This document shows, in pieces, positions 1 through 12,156 of a DNA stretch of 64,000 bases. A model generated the notes under the pieces. It had not been told where the DNA came from. It made no database searches and was given only the letters and a program-made list of their open reading frames with translations. The DNA is from Ophelia neglecta (Eukaryota): assembly GCA_965285935.1 (NCBI GenBank), contig OZ260664.1:83700001-83764000 (forward strand), written 5' to 3'. Positions within the stretch are counted from its first letter, which is position 1. Each line of letters opens with the position of its first letter. Position numbers and translations under genes: made by a program.

Positions 1-1014
1 GTCTAGCTAGAGCCAGAGGAGGGACCTAGTCCTGACTACAGCCAGAGGAGGACTCCACCTCACGCCCAGGCAGAGACAGGGAGGAGGGATCCATACTCTG
101 GGTAGGCCAGGGGAGGGACCTCTGGCTAAGCTAGAGGAGGACCCAGGAGATTTAATGTAGACAAGTGGAGGCCAGCCCAAGGGACACCCTTCCTCTGAGC
201 TGGCCCTCACTTGTCCAATCTTGTGAGAATATAGGGGCCCTCCCGATTCCATCATTCTGTCCCTGAGAGCAGAGCTAAATGAAAGTCCTGCTGTCTGTAT
301 TACAATATCAGGGCAGGAATGACTTAACACAATGTTAACCAAGCATTATACCTCCGTAGAGGTCTAATTAGAAAGTTACTCGTTATCACAGGGATATCAA
401 CAACTGCAGGCATGAGTATGTGTGATTAGAATTATACAAAATAAAGCTCAGTGGCCATAGCTGGTTCAGCTTTTAATGCTTGAGTAAGCAAGCTGAGGAC
501 TAACAGTAATTTTGATTTGTTATTAGTGGGAGCACAAGGAAAGCAAGTCTCATTTCTGACAAGTTGATTTGGTGTTAACTAAAGTGGTGGTTTTTTTACT
601 ACAAGATCTTGCTGTTCACACTTTTGAGGGACAAGGTCTATTGAAGTTTCTATCTGTCCTGCTGTATATCTCCTGGAGAGGTTCCAGCTGTGACATGTGA
701 GGGCTGGCATCCCCTTGTCATTGCCTGACACCCTCTTGTCATTGGTAACCATCAGACCAGGTTATATAAAATGAGACTTGCCGTCCTGTTGACAGCTGCC
801 ATTATATTTTTTTGTGACAATTAAATCTGAGGCTACAAAAGAGTAATGAGAGCAAAACAGGCCAGACCGCTCCTTATGGAGATGAAGGAACTCCTCTCCC
901 GAAGGGGAGAAAGTATGGGGACCTGTGTAATAGAACAGGAGTAAGGAGGTGCCTGTCCTCTCCCACACCACCACTGTTAACACCAAGGTGAGGATGTGAG
1001 TAGGTGATACTTAC

Positions 1015-1089
1015 ATTGGTACTGAGCTGTGTGCTGAGTGTAGCCACTTTCTCCTGAGCAGCTTCTAACTCTCTCCTCAACTTCTTAAT
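1015..1089 (-). CDS. NAV2: Neuron navigator coiled-coil exon (IKKLRRELEAAQEKVATLSTQLSTN)
   Basis: Matches the first navigator coiled coil (I-KLRREL--SQEKV-TLT-QL--N). Acceptor ttgtttcag|ATT, donor AAT|gtaagt, 75 nt, phase 0/0. Confidence 0.93.
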
Positions 1090-1617
1090 CTGAAACAACA
1101 ACAGCAACTTTAACTCAACCAGCAACATTTTACAAAATGGTATATTCAAATCCAATTTATTAAGCTCACAGTGTTATCTTGTGTCTACTTTACCATTAAA
1201 CACTCCTGCTTTCACAGTTAACCATAAATCAGCAAAGATTGGTTATAGAAAAGCAAGTTTATTTATGTTAGTGCTGAAGCAAATTATTTTTGATTTATTC
1301 AGTGTTTGTGTTGCAAATAATATTACTTGGTTAAGACCTAACTGGTTTAGTTTTTCAGTTTTTCCCTGTTTTTTATTTGTTTTTTATTTGTTTTTCGGGT
1401 GGGGTTTATTAAGTAGGTCATGACTTTCACAGAAGATAACTGTTTAAGAGTAAGTTTTGTGTTTACATACAAACCAAAGAGCTGGTTGGATGTACATTAT
1501 AATTTACTGAGACATCTCTACTAGGCGACCATAAACACAATTAGAGAACCCACAAACCCCGGGCAAGCCACTCCGACTTAAAGCTCTCCAGCGGTGAGAG
1601 AGGAGCTACATAATTAC

Positions 1618-1737
1618 CATCCTGCTGTGAGGTTTTAGATGGTTCAGGTACACTGGTAGGAGCAGTGATTGGAGCCTCGTAGCAGTAAGCTGCTCAGATT
1701 CTGAGCCATCTGGAGCAGTGCTGAGTAGGCCTCTCAT
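1618..1737 (-). CDS. Candidate short alternative first exon (MRGLLSTAPDGSESEQLTATRLQSLLLPVYLNHLKPHSRM), phase 0
   Basis: ATG preceded by an in-frame TGA, 40 open codons, donor ATG|gtaatt in phase 0 matching acceptor 1089. Could be chance. Confidence 0.3.
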
Positions 1738-2020
1738 TCATGTGGTACCTCCAGCCATAAAACCTCATTCTCACTCAAGTGTTTTACTGCTGGCTGACAT
1801 GATTTTTCAAACCATTCTGAGATTTATAGTCAGCGTGTTATAGTTTACACTTACAAGTCTTACAAGCATTGCTGTGAGTTTTCTATGCTACCCATTATGC
1901 TGTTCTGACAACATATAAATCACCTTGTGAGATATGGGGGACAGTATATAGGGGAATTCTACAAAACTGTGTTCAACAAAAGGTTAATTTGAGGTTAATA
2001 TGAAGGCATTATATTACTAC

Positions 2021-4693
2021 CTGATCTTTGGACTTTTTACGGCCATGTTTGTCCCCACGCTTAGGTGAAAGTCCTAGGCTTTGAGGAGCTTGACTGCTAT
2101 GTCCAGGGCTCGGAGTGCTATGTCCTATGCTACGTTCATGTCTATGACTGCCCAGACTGCTATGTCCTGGGCTCTGAGGGCTCCGTCCTAAGCTATCTCC
2201 ATGCCTATGACTGCTATGTCCTTGGCTCTGAGTACTATGTCCCGGGCTATCTCCATGTCTACGACTGCTATGTCCTGGGCTCTGAGTACTATGTCCCGGG
2301 CTATCTCCATGTCTACGACTGCTATGTCCTGGGCTTTGAGGGCTCCGTCCTAAACTATCTCCAAGTCCATGGCTGCTATGTTCTGAGCTATAGCTGCTGT
2401 ATCCTGTGCTATGGTTGCTATGGGCCTGACTGGGAAGGCTCTGTCCATGGTCATGACTGCCCTGACTGGTGATCTGACTGGCGTGTCCCATGCTGCGAGA
2501 CATGGCTGGACAGATATCCTGATGGCTGGGGTGTCCATGTCCTGGGCTGTGACTCCTGTGTCTAGCCCTGACAGTCCCCTGTCCACGATCAGGTCTGCTT
2601 GGCCTCTGTCCCTGTCCTGTGTGGGAGCTGACAGTGCTGAGGCTGGTCACCTCAGGGGCTTCATTCTCCTGCAGGTGTCTGTGTAGGGGACATGGATGGA
2701 ACCTCCCCTCTCCCCAGGCAGGCCGTCCCACCTGGGGGGACTGCGGAGCGGAATACACCCTCCTTTTGGCCTTCCCTGATGCAGCAGAATCTGTCCTATA
2801 CATAGAGTTGTCTTGATGAGGGACAGAATTCATCCTTTTTATGGGCAGGCTTTGTGGTGTCTGATGCACCCTGGTGAAAGCCTTGCCCTGTGGGTTCTGA
2901 CCCACTCCGGTTGTTGGGTTGCCCTGTGGGTTCTGACCCACTCCGGTTGTTGGGTTGCCCTGTGGGTTCTGACCAACCATGCTTGCTGGGTTTCCGTGTG
3001 GGTTCTGACCCACTCCGGTTGTTGGGTTGCCCTGTGGGTTCTGACCCACCGTGTTTGCCGGGGTTCCCCAGGCTATGGGGTTGCCCTGTGGGTTCTGACC
3101 CACCGTGCTTGCTGGGTTTCCCTGGGGGGTGTGACCCACCATGGTTGCTGGGTTTCCCCAGGCTATGGGGTTGTCCTGAGGCAGTGAGTTTGCCCTGATG
3201 AGGGTCTTCCCTGGAGGTGTCTGGGGGGTCGTGACAGGCCTGGCTAGGTTGGGGTGGGACCTGTAAGTCGCCTGGGACAAGGGCCTGTACTTGTTAACAC
3301 AGAACCCAGGGGTCCCAATCTTCTTGCTGCTCTTCTGACTCAACCTAGGAAGGCTATGTTTGCCAAACTTGGGTGCCTTCTTCGGAGCACTTTCTGAGCT
3401 AGCCTTTATTTTGTGCAATTTGTCCAACGTACTACTTCTACCGGAGTCCAAATTGACAGCTAAACTTCGAGTCTCTTTCAGGGATTGTGTGCGCCTGATC
3501 ATCCTCTTGGCGTTAGGCTTCTTCCACAGTTTCTCTGCCCAGCTTTCTGGTATTTTTGGGACTTCAGGTAGGCTCTGTTTTGGGCGGACTCTTCCTATTG
3601 GGCCAGGCTGGGGGCTGACCCTGCCCATCAGGCCTGGATGTGGGCTGAACCTTCCCAAACGGCCTTGCTGTGGGCTGTCTCTGCCCACTGGGCCAAGCTG
3701 AGGGCTGTCCCTGCCCATTAGGCCAGGCTGGGGGCTGACCCTTCCCAAACGTCCTTGCTGTGGGCTGTCCCTGCCCATTGGGCCTGGTTGAGGGCTGGCC
3801 CTGCCCAAACGTCCTTGCTGTGGGCTGTCCCTGCCCAATGGGCCTGGTTGAGGGCTGGCCCTGCCCATTGGACCAGCTTGGGGGCTGCCCCTGCCCATTG
3901 GGCCAGGCTGGGGGCTGGCCCTTCCCCCTGGTCTAGTGGAGCCTGACTTTGGGCTCAGGCTGCCCGGATTTGTTAGGCAGATGTCCGGCAGCGTCGCAGG
4001 GGCCGGTGTGGTGGGGGTTCTGGCATGCACACCAGCATCCTCACCACCACCTACCTCATGTTGTTTACAAACAGAACCCTCATCAAAGCCTTTTGGTGTT
4101 GAAGTCATCTCTAATCGCTCCACATCACTCCCAGGAACATCAGAGCCCCTCCCGGGAACATCTGGCTTGGTAGCCACCTTTTCAACCCCAAATGTGCCTT
4201 CATCACTATCACATCCATCTTGTGAGGCTATTCCATTGCCCTGAATTAAAGTTATTTTCTGTGTTTCACCTGATGGCAGGCCTTTGCCTCTCTTAACAGC
4301 AGAGCTATAATACCCATCCGGGGAAACTGATGAACTGCCATTAGATAAATCTAGTGCATTTTCCCTACCTCTGATCCCACAATCTCTGTTACCATAAGCC
4401 GTGCCATTGGCCCACCTGAATGAAGGTAAATCCTCCCTCCTGCCGGTCAGCCTGGACAATTCCTCCTCTGAGGTGTCACAGGAGGAGGTCCCCCCTTCAT
4501 GTATGGTGTCCAGGTGGACCGGGGACACTATGATCTTGGGCAGGCCTATCCTAGGAGACAGGTACGGCCCTTTAACGGGATCCGGCTCTGCCCTGGAGCT
4601 AGGCATCAAGTCCTTTTTTCTCACTTTCTGTTTCTCCCGTTTATGCTTGCTAGGCATGCTGTCTAAAACTTCATCCAACTCCTCCTCATACAT
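2021..4693 (-). CDS. Giant low-complexity coding exon (891 codons), probable alternative first exon of the navigator gene; alternatively a nested single-exon gene ending at 2009
   Basis: 894-aa ORF inside the 1090-10910 intron, same strand as NAV. An in-frame TAA lies immediately before the ATG. CAG|gtagta three codons before the stop is a phase-0 donor compatible with the phase-0 acceptor at 1089. All internal repeats (30, 36, 54 bp) are multiples of 3. Confidence 0.75.
2090..2400 (-). repeat. Coding 54-bp tandem repeat (SPGHSSRRHGDSPGHSTQ-type, His/Ser-rich)
   Basis: Units such as gactgctatgtcctgggctctgagtactatgtcccgggctatctccatgtctac. Confidence 0.9.
2880..3180 (-). repeat. Coding 33-36-bp tandem repeat (TTGVGQNPQGNP-type)
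   Basis: Units such as gccctgtgggttctgacccactccggttgttgggtt. Confidence 0.9.
3590..3935 (-). repeat. Coding 30-bp tandem repeat (GRASPQPGPM-type decapeptide, about 11 copies)
   Basis: Units such as gggctggccctgcccattgggccaggctgg; visible in the translation. Confidence 0.9.
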
Positions 4694-4969
4694 TTATTCA
4701 GTGTTGATGGGTTATAGAGCCAGACAAATATCCTTTACAAATAAACATGGATGTAGAAGCCTCAAGGCTGAAGCATGATACAACCTGAACTCTTGTTGCA
4801 CAACAATATCAAAGAAACTCCCTATCACTGCAAAACTTCCAACGCCAACTTGAGTTTGTGAAAGATGCTCCCACAAAACATATTTACCAGACTATCTTAT
4901 CCGGGAGCAGTTATTTTCACATTTCTAATCTTTTAGCATCAGATTGAGAAGAGTTTCGGAGCTGAGACT

Positions 4970-5050
4970 TTGCGTCTGAGCGTAACGCGCTGTCCACAGG
5001 TGTTTATAGCTTTACGGCCGTAGAAATGATCCTAGGTGATATCACATTGG
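4970..5050 (-). promoter_or_regulatory. Putative core promoter for the 891-codon exon (CCAAT, TATA, Inr-like)
   Basis: On the minus strand: CCAAT at 5050-5046, CTATAAA at 5009-5003 and TCAGAC at about 4979-4974, roughly 30 nt after the TATA. Canonical spacing, about 285 nt upstream of the ATG. Confidence 0.55.
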
Positions 5051-8000
5051 CTCCTGAGGCTGTGAGAAGCAGAGGCAGGCTAGTAGGGAGGGGGACTAGC
5101 CGAACTAACAAATATCCTGAGGTCTATCTAGGCTGTCCACTACATACATAGTACATCTCCCAGAGCTCTGATAAACAATAGAGCTACAAGAAATACAAAC
5201 ACCACCGTCCTCTATAATACACAGTACACAAACGTCTGCCACTGGCACGAGTCACCCACTAACACCATCCTCGCCGCACTCCAATCCATCCCACATCGCA
5301 CAGTCAAATCCATCCCACATCTCGTTATGTGCTCACTACATTAAACTTTCATCAGCCCATCTTCAGACTCAGTTATCCCATACCTGTTCCATTTACCTGC
5401 TCAGCTGGGATATGAGCTAGTGACTCAAATCAAGCTGGAACTGAATCTGAGCATTTGAGCAGAGTTTGAGCAAGGTTTGAGCAATGAACTGAGTCAGCAG
5501 ATTGAGTTGGATAGAGATAAGAGCAGGTATTTTTCTCTCATGAGGTGCCAGATGATAAACTCTAGGGAATGGTAAATCTAGAGCTGTAGGTAGGCAGGGG
5601 TCATTGGCAGGGAGGTGGCAGGGGAGTGGGGTGCTGCCTGGTCCCTCCTGACCCCTTCCATGTAATATGACCTCATGTGCCAACCATATTAAAACACGAT
5701 GTTTGTACATAGAGTTACTGACTGCCCCTCAGATAGTGATAGTGCCTTCACAGGTAACCAGGCTTAGATCTCTGGGGGAGGCTGACGGCACAAGACAACT
5801 TATAAAACTGTCTTAAATCAGGCTGACACCTCCACAGATGATCCTAAGCCAGGGTATTATCAGTCAGGAGAGCTAAAACCTATCACTGATATTCACATAC
5901 ATTCCCCTATCAGGTGATTTTTGCCCACAACCTTTTCTCCACTATAATTAACATGTATCTATGTCTAATTGGATGCCCCTCTCCTAGCAGAGACTATCAT
6001 GGTTACCCTCCCAGATATGTAAAGAGGATATCCCGAGCATGTCAATCTAAAGGTCACCGTCCCTCTGATATTGACCCCTACCCACTGACCAAGGTGGTCA
6101 CCTTCTGAACATCACATTGAATTCACCCACACTGCAGAAAAATGAGGCTTCCCGGCAAATGTTTGTATCAGTAGAATTGGGCAATGATAGGTGTATTTCC
6201 GATTGAGTTGCCTGCGAGGACATAACCCACCTTTATTTATCTGGACTTGAGTGTAGAACGGGCAGCTGAAATGCTATTGATAGCTCAGGAATTGTACCAC
6301 AAGTATTAAATACTGGATCTGACAAGATAGCCCGCCCATTTCCCCTCCATCTCCGCCAGGAATCTGATTTAGACTGACACACTACAGTAGAGCACACCTT
6401 TGGTAATTCATTTTCAAACATTTGAGACAAGAAGGAGATAGGCTCAGAATGTTATTGATAAAAGAATGAGTACTGAAAACATATACAATGTCTTCTTAAC
6501 TACAGAAAAACCTCTTCTTTTCCTAAAACTTGCTCTCAAAATATATTGCCATTCCCATGGAGATTCATCTGTCATGGCATAACAAAGGTCAATTTATTTT
6601 CACAGGTGTGAGAAAGAAGGAGAGGATTAAGAAAAACACTGGGAGTATCAGACATGAGGTGAGAATACATGTACAGAGACTCAGTGTCAGGGTAAGGCAG
6701 GGAGGGGGAGGGGGAGGGGGTAAGGGGTGTGGAGAGAGGCAAAAGGGGGGAAAAGGGGAGGAGGGAAGGGGTGGGTAAGTAGGGATGGGGGTGTGGGTAA
6801 GTAGGGATGGGAGGGGTATGGGGGTTAGGCGGTAGGGGGGTTTGGGTAAAGGGTGGGACCTTTAAACAGGGAGGGAGAGACTACCTGGGATAGCCCTGCC
6901 CCCTCAAGCTCCCCCTCTTATTACATTCATAAAATACACCAAAGAAAAGAACTGTTATTATCTACGAAAATGTAAATATCTTTTTGCAGAATTGGAAGAC
7001 CTGAATATTTGTGGGGCGTGACTTATTCAGTAATCTTGACAGCTGAGAGAGAATGTCGTATTTCACAGATACCTCTTTCTGTTTTCACTACCGCCTGGGA
7101 TTCAGGACACGGAGGTTCCCTATCAAGCAGCACCAAGGCCACAGAACCCAAGACTCCACATACAATCACAACGTGGCTCCAGTCATCAGACTCTCAGCAT
7201 AACATAATAACCTAGAGCCTTCTCGGAATGTCATGTATTTTCTTTGGGGCTGATCTTATTGCCTCCACTGTTATTCACTAATTGAATGCTTGGGAACAGA
7301 CTCCTGCCCTCAGAATCCTGCCCACAGAATCCTGCCCTCAGCCTGCTGGCCTCAGTCTCAGCCAATGCAGGATGGTATATCAATAAAGTGATCTAATGGA
7401 GACATTTGTATAACTGTAGCCTCAAACAAATTATCAGAGAAATCAGTTCAAAGTCTGTAAAAATAATGTTAAGGCAAAATATTTGTGGGCATTATATTCA
7501 AGTTTTTTTTTTCTCAAACAAAATATCTGAATTAATATTGGTGATTCACAGTAAATGTGAGGTAAAAATACACCTGAGTGGGTGATAATACGAACTTTTG
7601 AGTGCTGTTCTTCTTACAAGATGTAAATGTATTTTGGTTAATGTAGGGAGAGTTTTCTGCCAAAAGTCCTTCATAAATATATGTAGAGACAGATAAATAA
7701 GTAGTTGTCTTGGCAGAATGACATGTTAAATCAAATATGAATCTGATTAGATCTGAAGTGATGAGAGATGAAGGTACTGGAGGCAAAAAGTCGGCCAGGA
7801 TCAGGACAAGTAGGTAATATAGGGTCCCTGGTCCACCTCACCGGGGCTGGGTATCTGAAGAAAGTGTTCTAGTGGTAAAATGAGAAAATTAAAACATCAA
7901 TAAAACATCATAAAACAGGCCTAACTGGGTGGAAAAAGGGGCCAACATGATCTCCTGGGAGTGGTATCTGGTGGTCTCAATCTGAACTGCACAGCTGTGG

Positions 8001-10910
8001 GCTGCCATAATCTGCCAGGGACAAGAGGGATGAGACTGAAAACTATCTGTCTATCATTCAAGACTGTGGCTGAGTGCAGGTGTACACATAGTAAGTGACA
8101 GGCCTATAACCCATCCTGTCAACAAAACATCCAGGGCAGGTAACAGGAGCATTAATTATCTCTGGCAATGGGACAATATAAATCTACGATCCATGATGTG
8201 CCCTTCATGGTAGGACATCCTGGATGTTCAAGGTCAAACCTTCAGGTTTGGGATTCCTGGACCTGCCAGTCATGATGGAGGGTTACAGATCACCTCTCCA
8301 ATATTTGAGCAATAACTCTACATAAATTCCACAATTTGATTCCAATAAACATTGCTCTTTTTCAACAAATCGTGTAGCAGTTCTAGCTGTTTTCTATTTA
8401 ATTAATCAAACCATTTTGACTCTCCAAGAGCTATAATGATGCTAACTATACATTTGTTTGTAAACGCTGATCAGTTGGTCAGATAAAATTCCCATCCTGT
8501 GTGCTATTCAGGGAAACCTATAAAAACAAGCGCCGAGCTGATGTACAATCCATCTTGGTTAATTCCCTGATTGTCGTCGCTCTAATGGCCTTGTGAGGGA
8601 TAAGCCACAGGCAAAACCTAGCTTAACCCGTCACTCCCAGCCATGTTAAACTTATGTTAGCCGATCAACATTCTTATCTCCACTTTCAATGTGCTGAGAG
8701 GTGCTAAGACGTCACTTCTGCTCTGACAAAGTACTGAGAGTTGAATAACAATTTATTTTTATTTTTTGTGTTTTGTTTGAGTTGTTTCTCTCCGACAGTT
8801 GACACCAGCTCTCGATGTCTGTCAGGGAGGCCAAGATGCTAACTCAGCAACTAAATGTTTCATGATCAAACCAAGTTGGCAACTGAGACTCTGAGAGTGA
8901 GGTTTCGTGGGAAAAAAGGCCCATCCAATTTATTATTTGTCCAAAAAACTTGACGAGTGTTTTGGGGAAAACATTAGATTTGGGAAAAACTGTGCATAGA
9001 TATAAACATAGATCATGGTTGTTATCAAAAATAAAGGTTTTCGTATCAACTAGTATTTATTTCAATACAAAGCATTCACCATCTGCCTTCACTTCAATAA
9101 ACAAACATGGGGTGTCTGTACAAGCTCTGCCCACAGCACTAATAACAGCCCAGGGATCTCCTTGATGAAGGGAGCAGCGTGCTGGTAAGTCTTCAGTCTC
9201 CTAGGAATTATCACACATCAGATTTGCTACTCCTCATCATGATGTATTTACTGATAAATTAACAACTTTCATAAAACCAGAAAGGAAACTCCTCCTTGTC
9301 AAGACTGCAGAGAACTCCTTTCGAAAACTAGCCCTGATACAGCAGTAATTTGTTGTGCATCTGATGGCAAGACCAGTGATAATATGACGATGTGTTCAAT
9401 ATATAGTTTAGGATAATTGGCAAACTAAAATCTAGGTAATCGAAAGCAGACAAGTATAAATTCCAAAGGATTTTGTCTGACAGCTAAAAACCAAATATAA
9501 ACTGACCTTGTCATGGGACACTGTTTGTGTCACGGGACACTGTGAGAAGAATAATTTTTAATTTCTTTTTCTTTAATATGAAATTGAGGGTTTGGATTTC
9601 CAAAAGTCTAAAAGCTCTCTGAGAACAACTCTGAGGACATTATCCTGCCTTTATTTCAAAAAAGATATATCAAATGTATAGAGGAACTTGAAAAACACCC
9701 AGTTTCCCCTGGGTAAGGTGCTGTATATTATTCAGAGTACAATAATAAGGCTCCTGTGTGTATACAGCTCTATGTGAGGGTCCCATCTCCAGAACCAGCG
9801 GCATGCCATCAGTATACGGTATGATTTAAACACTTGGCAAGGCACAGCTCACCTCTCTACACCTCCACAGCTGACAAATTGTCCACCTTTTTACACAATT
9901 CTCCGGCCGAGCCTGGTTTCCACGTTTTATACATTCTGTGCAGGGCGTTTCCGATCCTCAGCCAGTTTTCGGTCTCCGTATGATGACAGACTGCTACTTT
10001 TCCTTACATCTGAATTATGTTTGGCAAACAAAGACATGTTTCCATCGACCGGCCACTTCTTCAACTCCCCTGGTGGTTCCCAAAGGTACTAATCACATTC
10101 CGTCAGTTTTTCGCCCCATAGTTTTCTTCCAGCTGGTATTTTATCAACAGGCCTTCTACCATTGGTGGATCACACAGAGTAGGGTCTGCTCACTTCTGAC
10201 AAACACACACATTTCTCCTGTCCCTGCAGACTTTACACTACACATTTTACACTAACCGGTCTTTTTTGCCAGCTTGTTAGTGTAACTTGGGCGCTTTTTC
10301 AATACAAGTTTTTTTCTCGACAGAGTTTGTTGATGAATGTGGCTCATTTTTCTTCGGAGTAGTATAAATCTGTAGGATTCTATGGTATGAGCAGAACTGC
10401 TATTTAAATACTACTCTACAACCTGGTATCATTCACAATTTTAAGTAGTATGGTAGCCATGTATGATAGTACTTTCACGCAGGCAATCTGATGGTTCCTG
10501 TCCTTTTCACTTAAAGATGTCGACTCCCGACTACCATGACTATTCCTTGGGTTTCTATCTGTATTAAATGTCATTCAACCATTTTGGCACACTGTATGAT
10601 ATGGCGTATGAATAATGAATAACACAAAAAGTGCTCTTTTATCTTGCCAATACCTAGTTTTTCCCTTGTCTTGGCACACTGTGCGGTATATGTAATGTAA
10701 ATTGGCTCCTGACAATGACAGCCGTAGACTGTTTTTGTCCACTGTTTTTTTAATCCAAGTTTATTGCATTCAACTGGGGTGTTTTGTATCGCAATTATTT
10801 ACATTGTAAATGGCCCTTGAGCCCAATAAAGAAGAAAGGATCAGTGTATAAGTACCAATATTATTACGTATTATATATTATCATGTATTATGATAATAGC
10901 AGTGTCTTAC

Positions 10911-10987
10911 CTCGGCCTGCTGTTTCTCTTCTGCTGTGCTGTACACTGAACTAGAACTGGATACAAGTGACAGGCTAGATCCATGTA
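10911..10987 (-). CDS. NAV2: Neuron navigator internal exon (LHGSSLSLVSSSSSVYSTAEEKQQAE)
   Basis: Not in the ORF track. Encodes the conserved navigator motif HGSSLSLVS-SS-YST-EEK. Acceptor ttttatttcag|TA, donor GAG|gtaaga, 77 nt, phase 1 to phase 0. Confidence 0.93.
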
Positions 10988-11390
10988 CTGAAATAAAAAT
11001 AATATGTTAAATAAACATCATGGATTTCATTATAGTATATCTATTACTTAAGCAATTACTTTAACCCTTTTGGGGCCAAAAAAAATATGTAATTTCGATG
11101 TCTGCAAAGTGCCACAAGAACAAGCATATTTCCCAAAGACACATGTCTGCTTATAACAATGCAGAGTTTATGGACAAATAAATATCCCAGGCAGTGTTAA
11201 GCAGTTTCTTCAATCTCCTGAGCAATCCTCATAGCCTAGGACTGGATCATGTGTCCCAGGTGTGATTTCAGTTAGCTATTTATTTCAGTTTCCATCCTAG
11301 TACAATGTCTATACATATAGCTGGCAGGGACAATATATCTTCCAAAGAATCTTAAAATCAGAAGGACTTTTGATTGTTCATTTCTGTGTA

Positions 11391-11580
11391 CAGTAGAACC
11401 CAGGATGTAAGACAACCAAAAATGGCCAAAATAGACCTTCATCTACATGGTTTGGAATACATGCCTTGCATTTAACCCCTGATGAGAGACCACCCCTCTT
11501 ATAAGACCACTTGGTTGGTGGTCTCCCATGAGGAGTGACATTTTGCCTGTTTGTATTATATTGTCCTCTAAGACCACTTA
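11391..11580. mobile_element. Degenerate MITE (TA-CAGT end, GACCAC subrepeats)
   Basis: Begins TA|cagtagaacc and has internal gagaccacccctcttataagaccac, resembling the 45546 family. No clear right TIR. Confidence 0.5.
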
Positions 11581-11596
11581 ATGCCCCAGTACTCAC

Positions 11597-11840
11597 GGTC
11601 ATCATCCCTGGATCCTGAGAGTTTGGACAGCCCGGGTAGGAAGACGTTAGCGTAGGGAGGGTTACCCGCGTTGGAGTTGCTGCGTACCAGGCCCATGGCT
11701 CCGGCGGAGGTTAGGGGGTAGGCAAACCTCCCCGACCCCTGTGAGGGGGTGGGGGAGCTGGGCCCAGCCCCGCCGTCCGCACTGATCTGACTGAAGGAGT
11801 TGGTCCTGGGCAGTGTGTCCGCTCGCGATGAGGGGTACAC
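11597..11840 (-). CDS. NAV2: Neuron navigator internal exon (VYPSSRADTLPRTNSFSQ...SGSRDDD)
   Basis: Acceptor tatttacccag|GTG (phase 0), donor GAC C|gtgagt (phase 1), 244 nt. Joins in frame with both neighbours. Confidence 0.88.
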
Positions 11841-12156
11841 CTGGGTAAATACACACGCAGTAATCAGAGCTATTGTAGCTTCTGGTGACATTCTATATAA
11901 TCTATTTGGTAAAAATAACATTACCTAGATATCATGTAATAAATATTTTCAGATGAGAGCAAACTGCTTTTTAATAAGTTTCAACCAAATATTTACTAGG
12001 AAAAATCTTGTTATTAAAAATAATCAGCTTATTTTTGATGGCTACTTATAATATTTATAGAGTAGTATAAGGTCAGGAAAACTTATATGGAAAGTATTTT
12101 TAAATAGGAAATAATACTGTTCATTTATAATATGACTATAAGCGTGTGGGACAGAC

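Noticed and set aside
2065-4778. Multiple plus-strand ORFs opposite the 894-aa ORF
   Set aside because: Antisense shadows of in-frame repeats.
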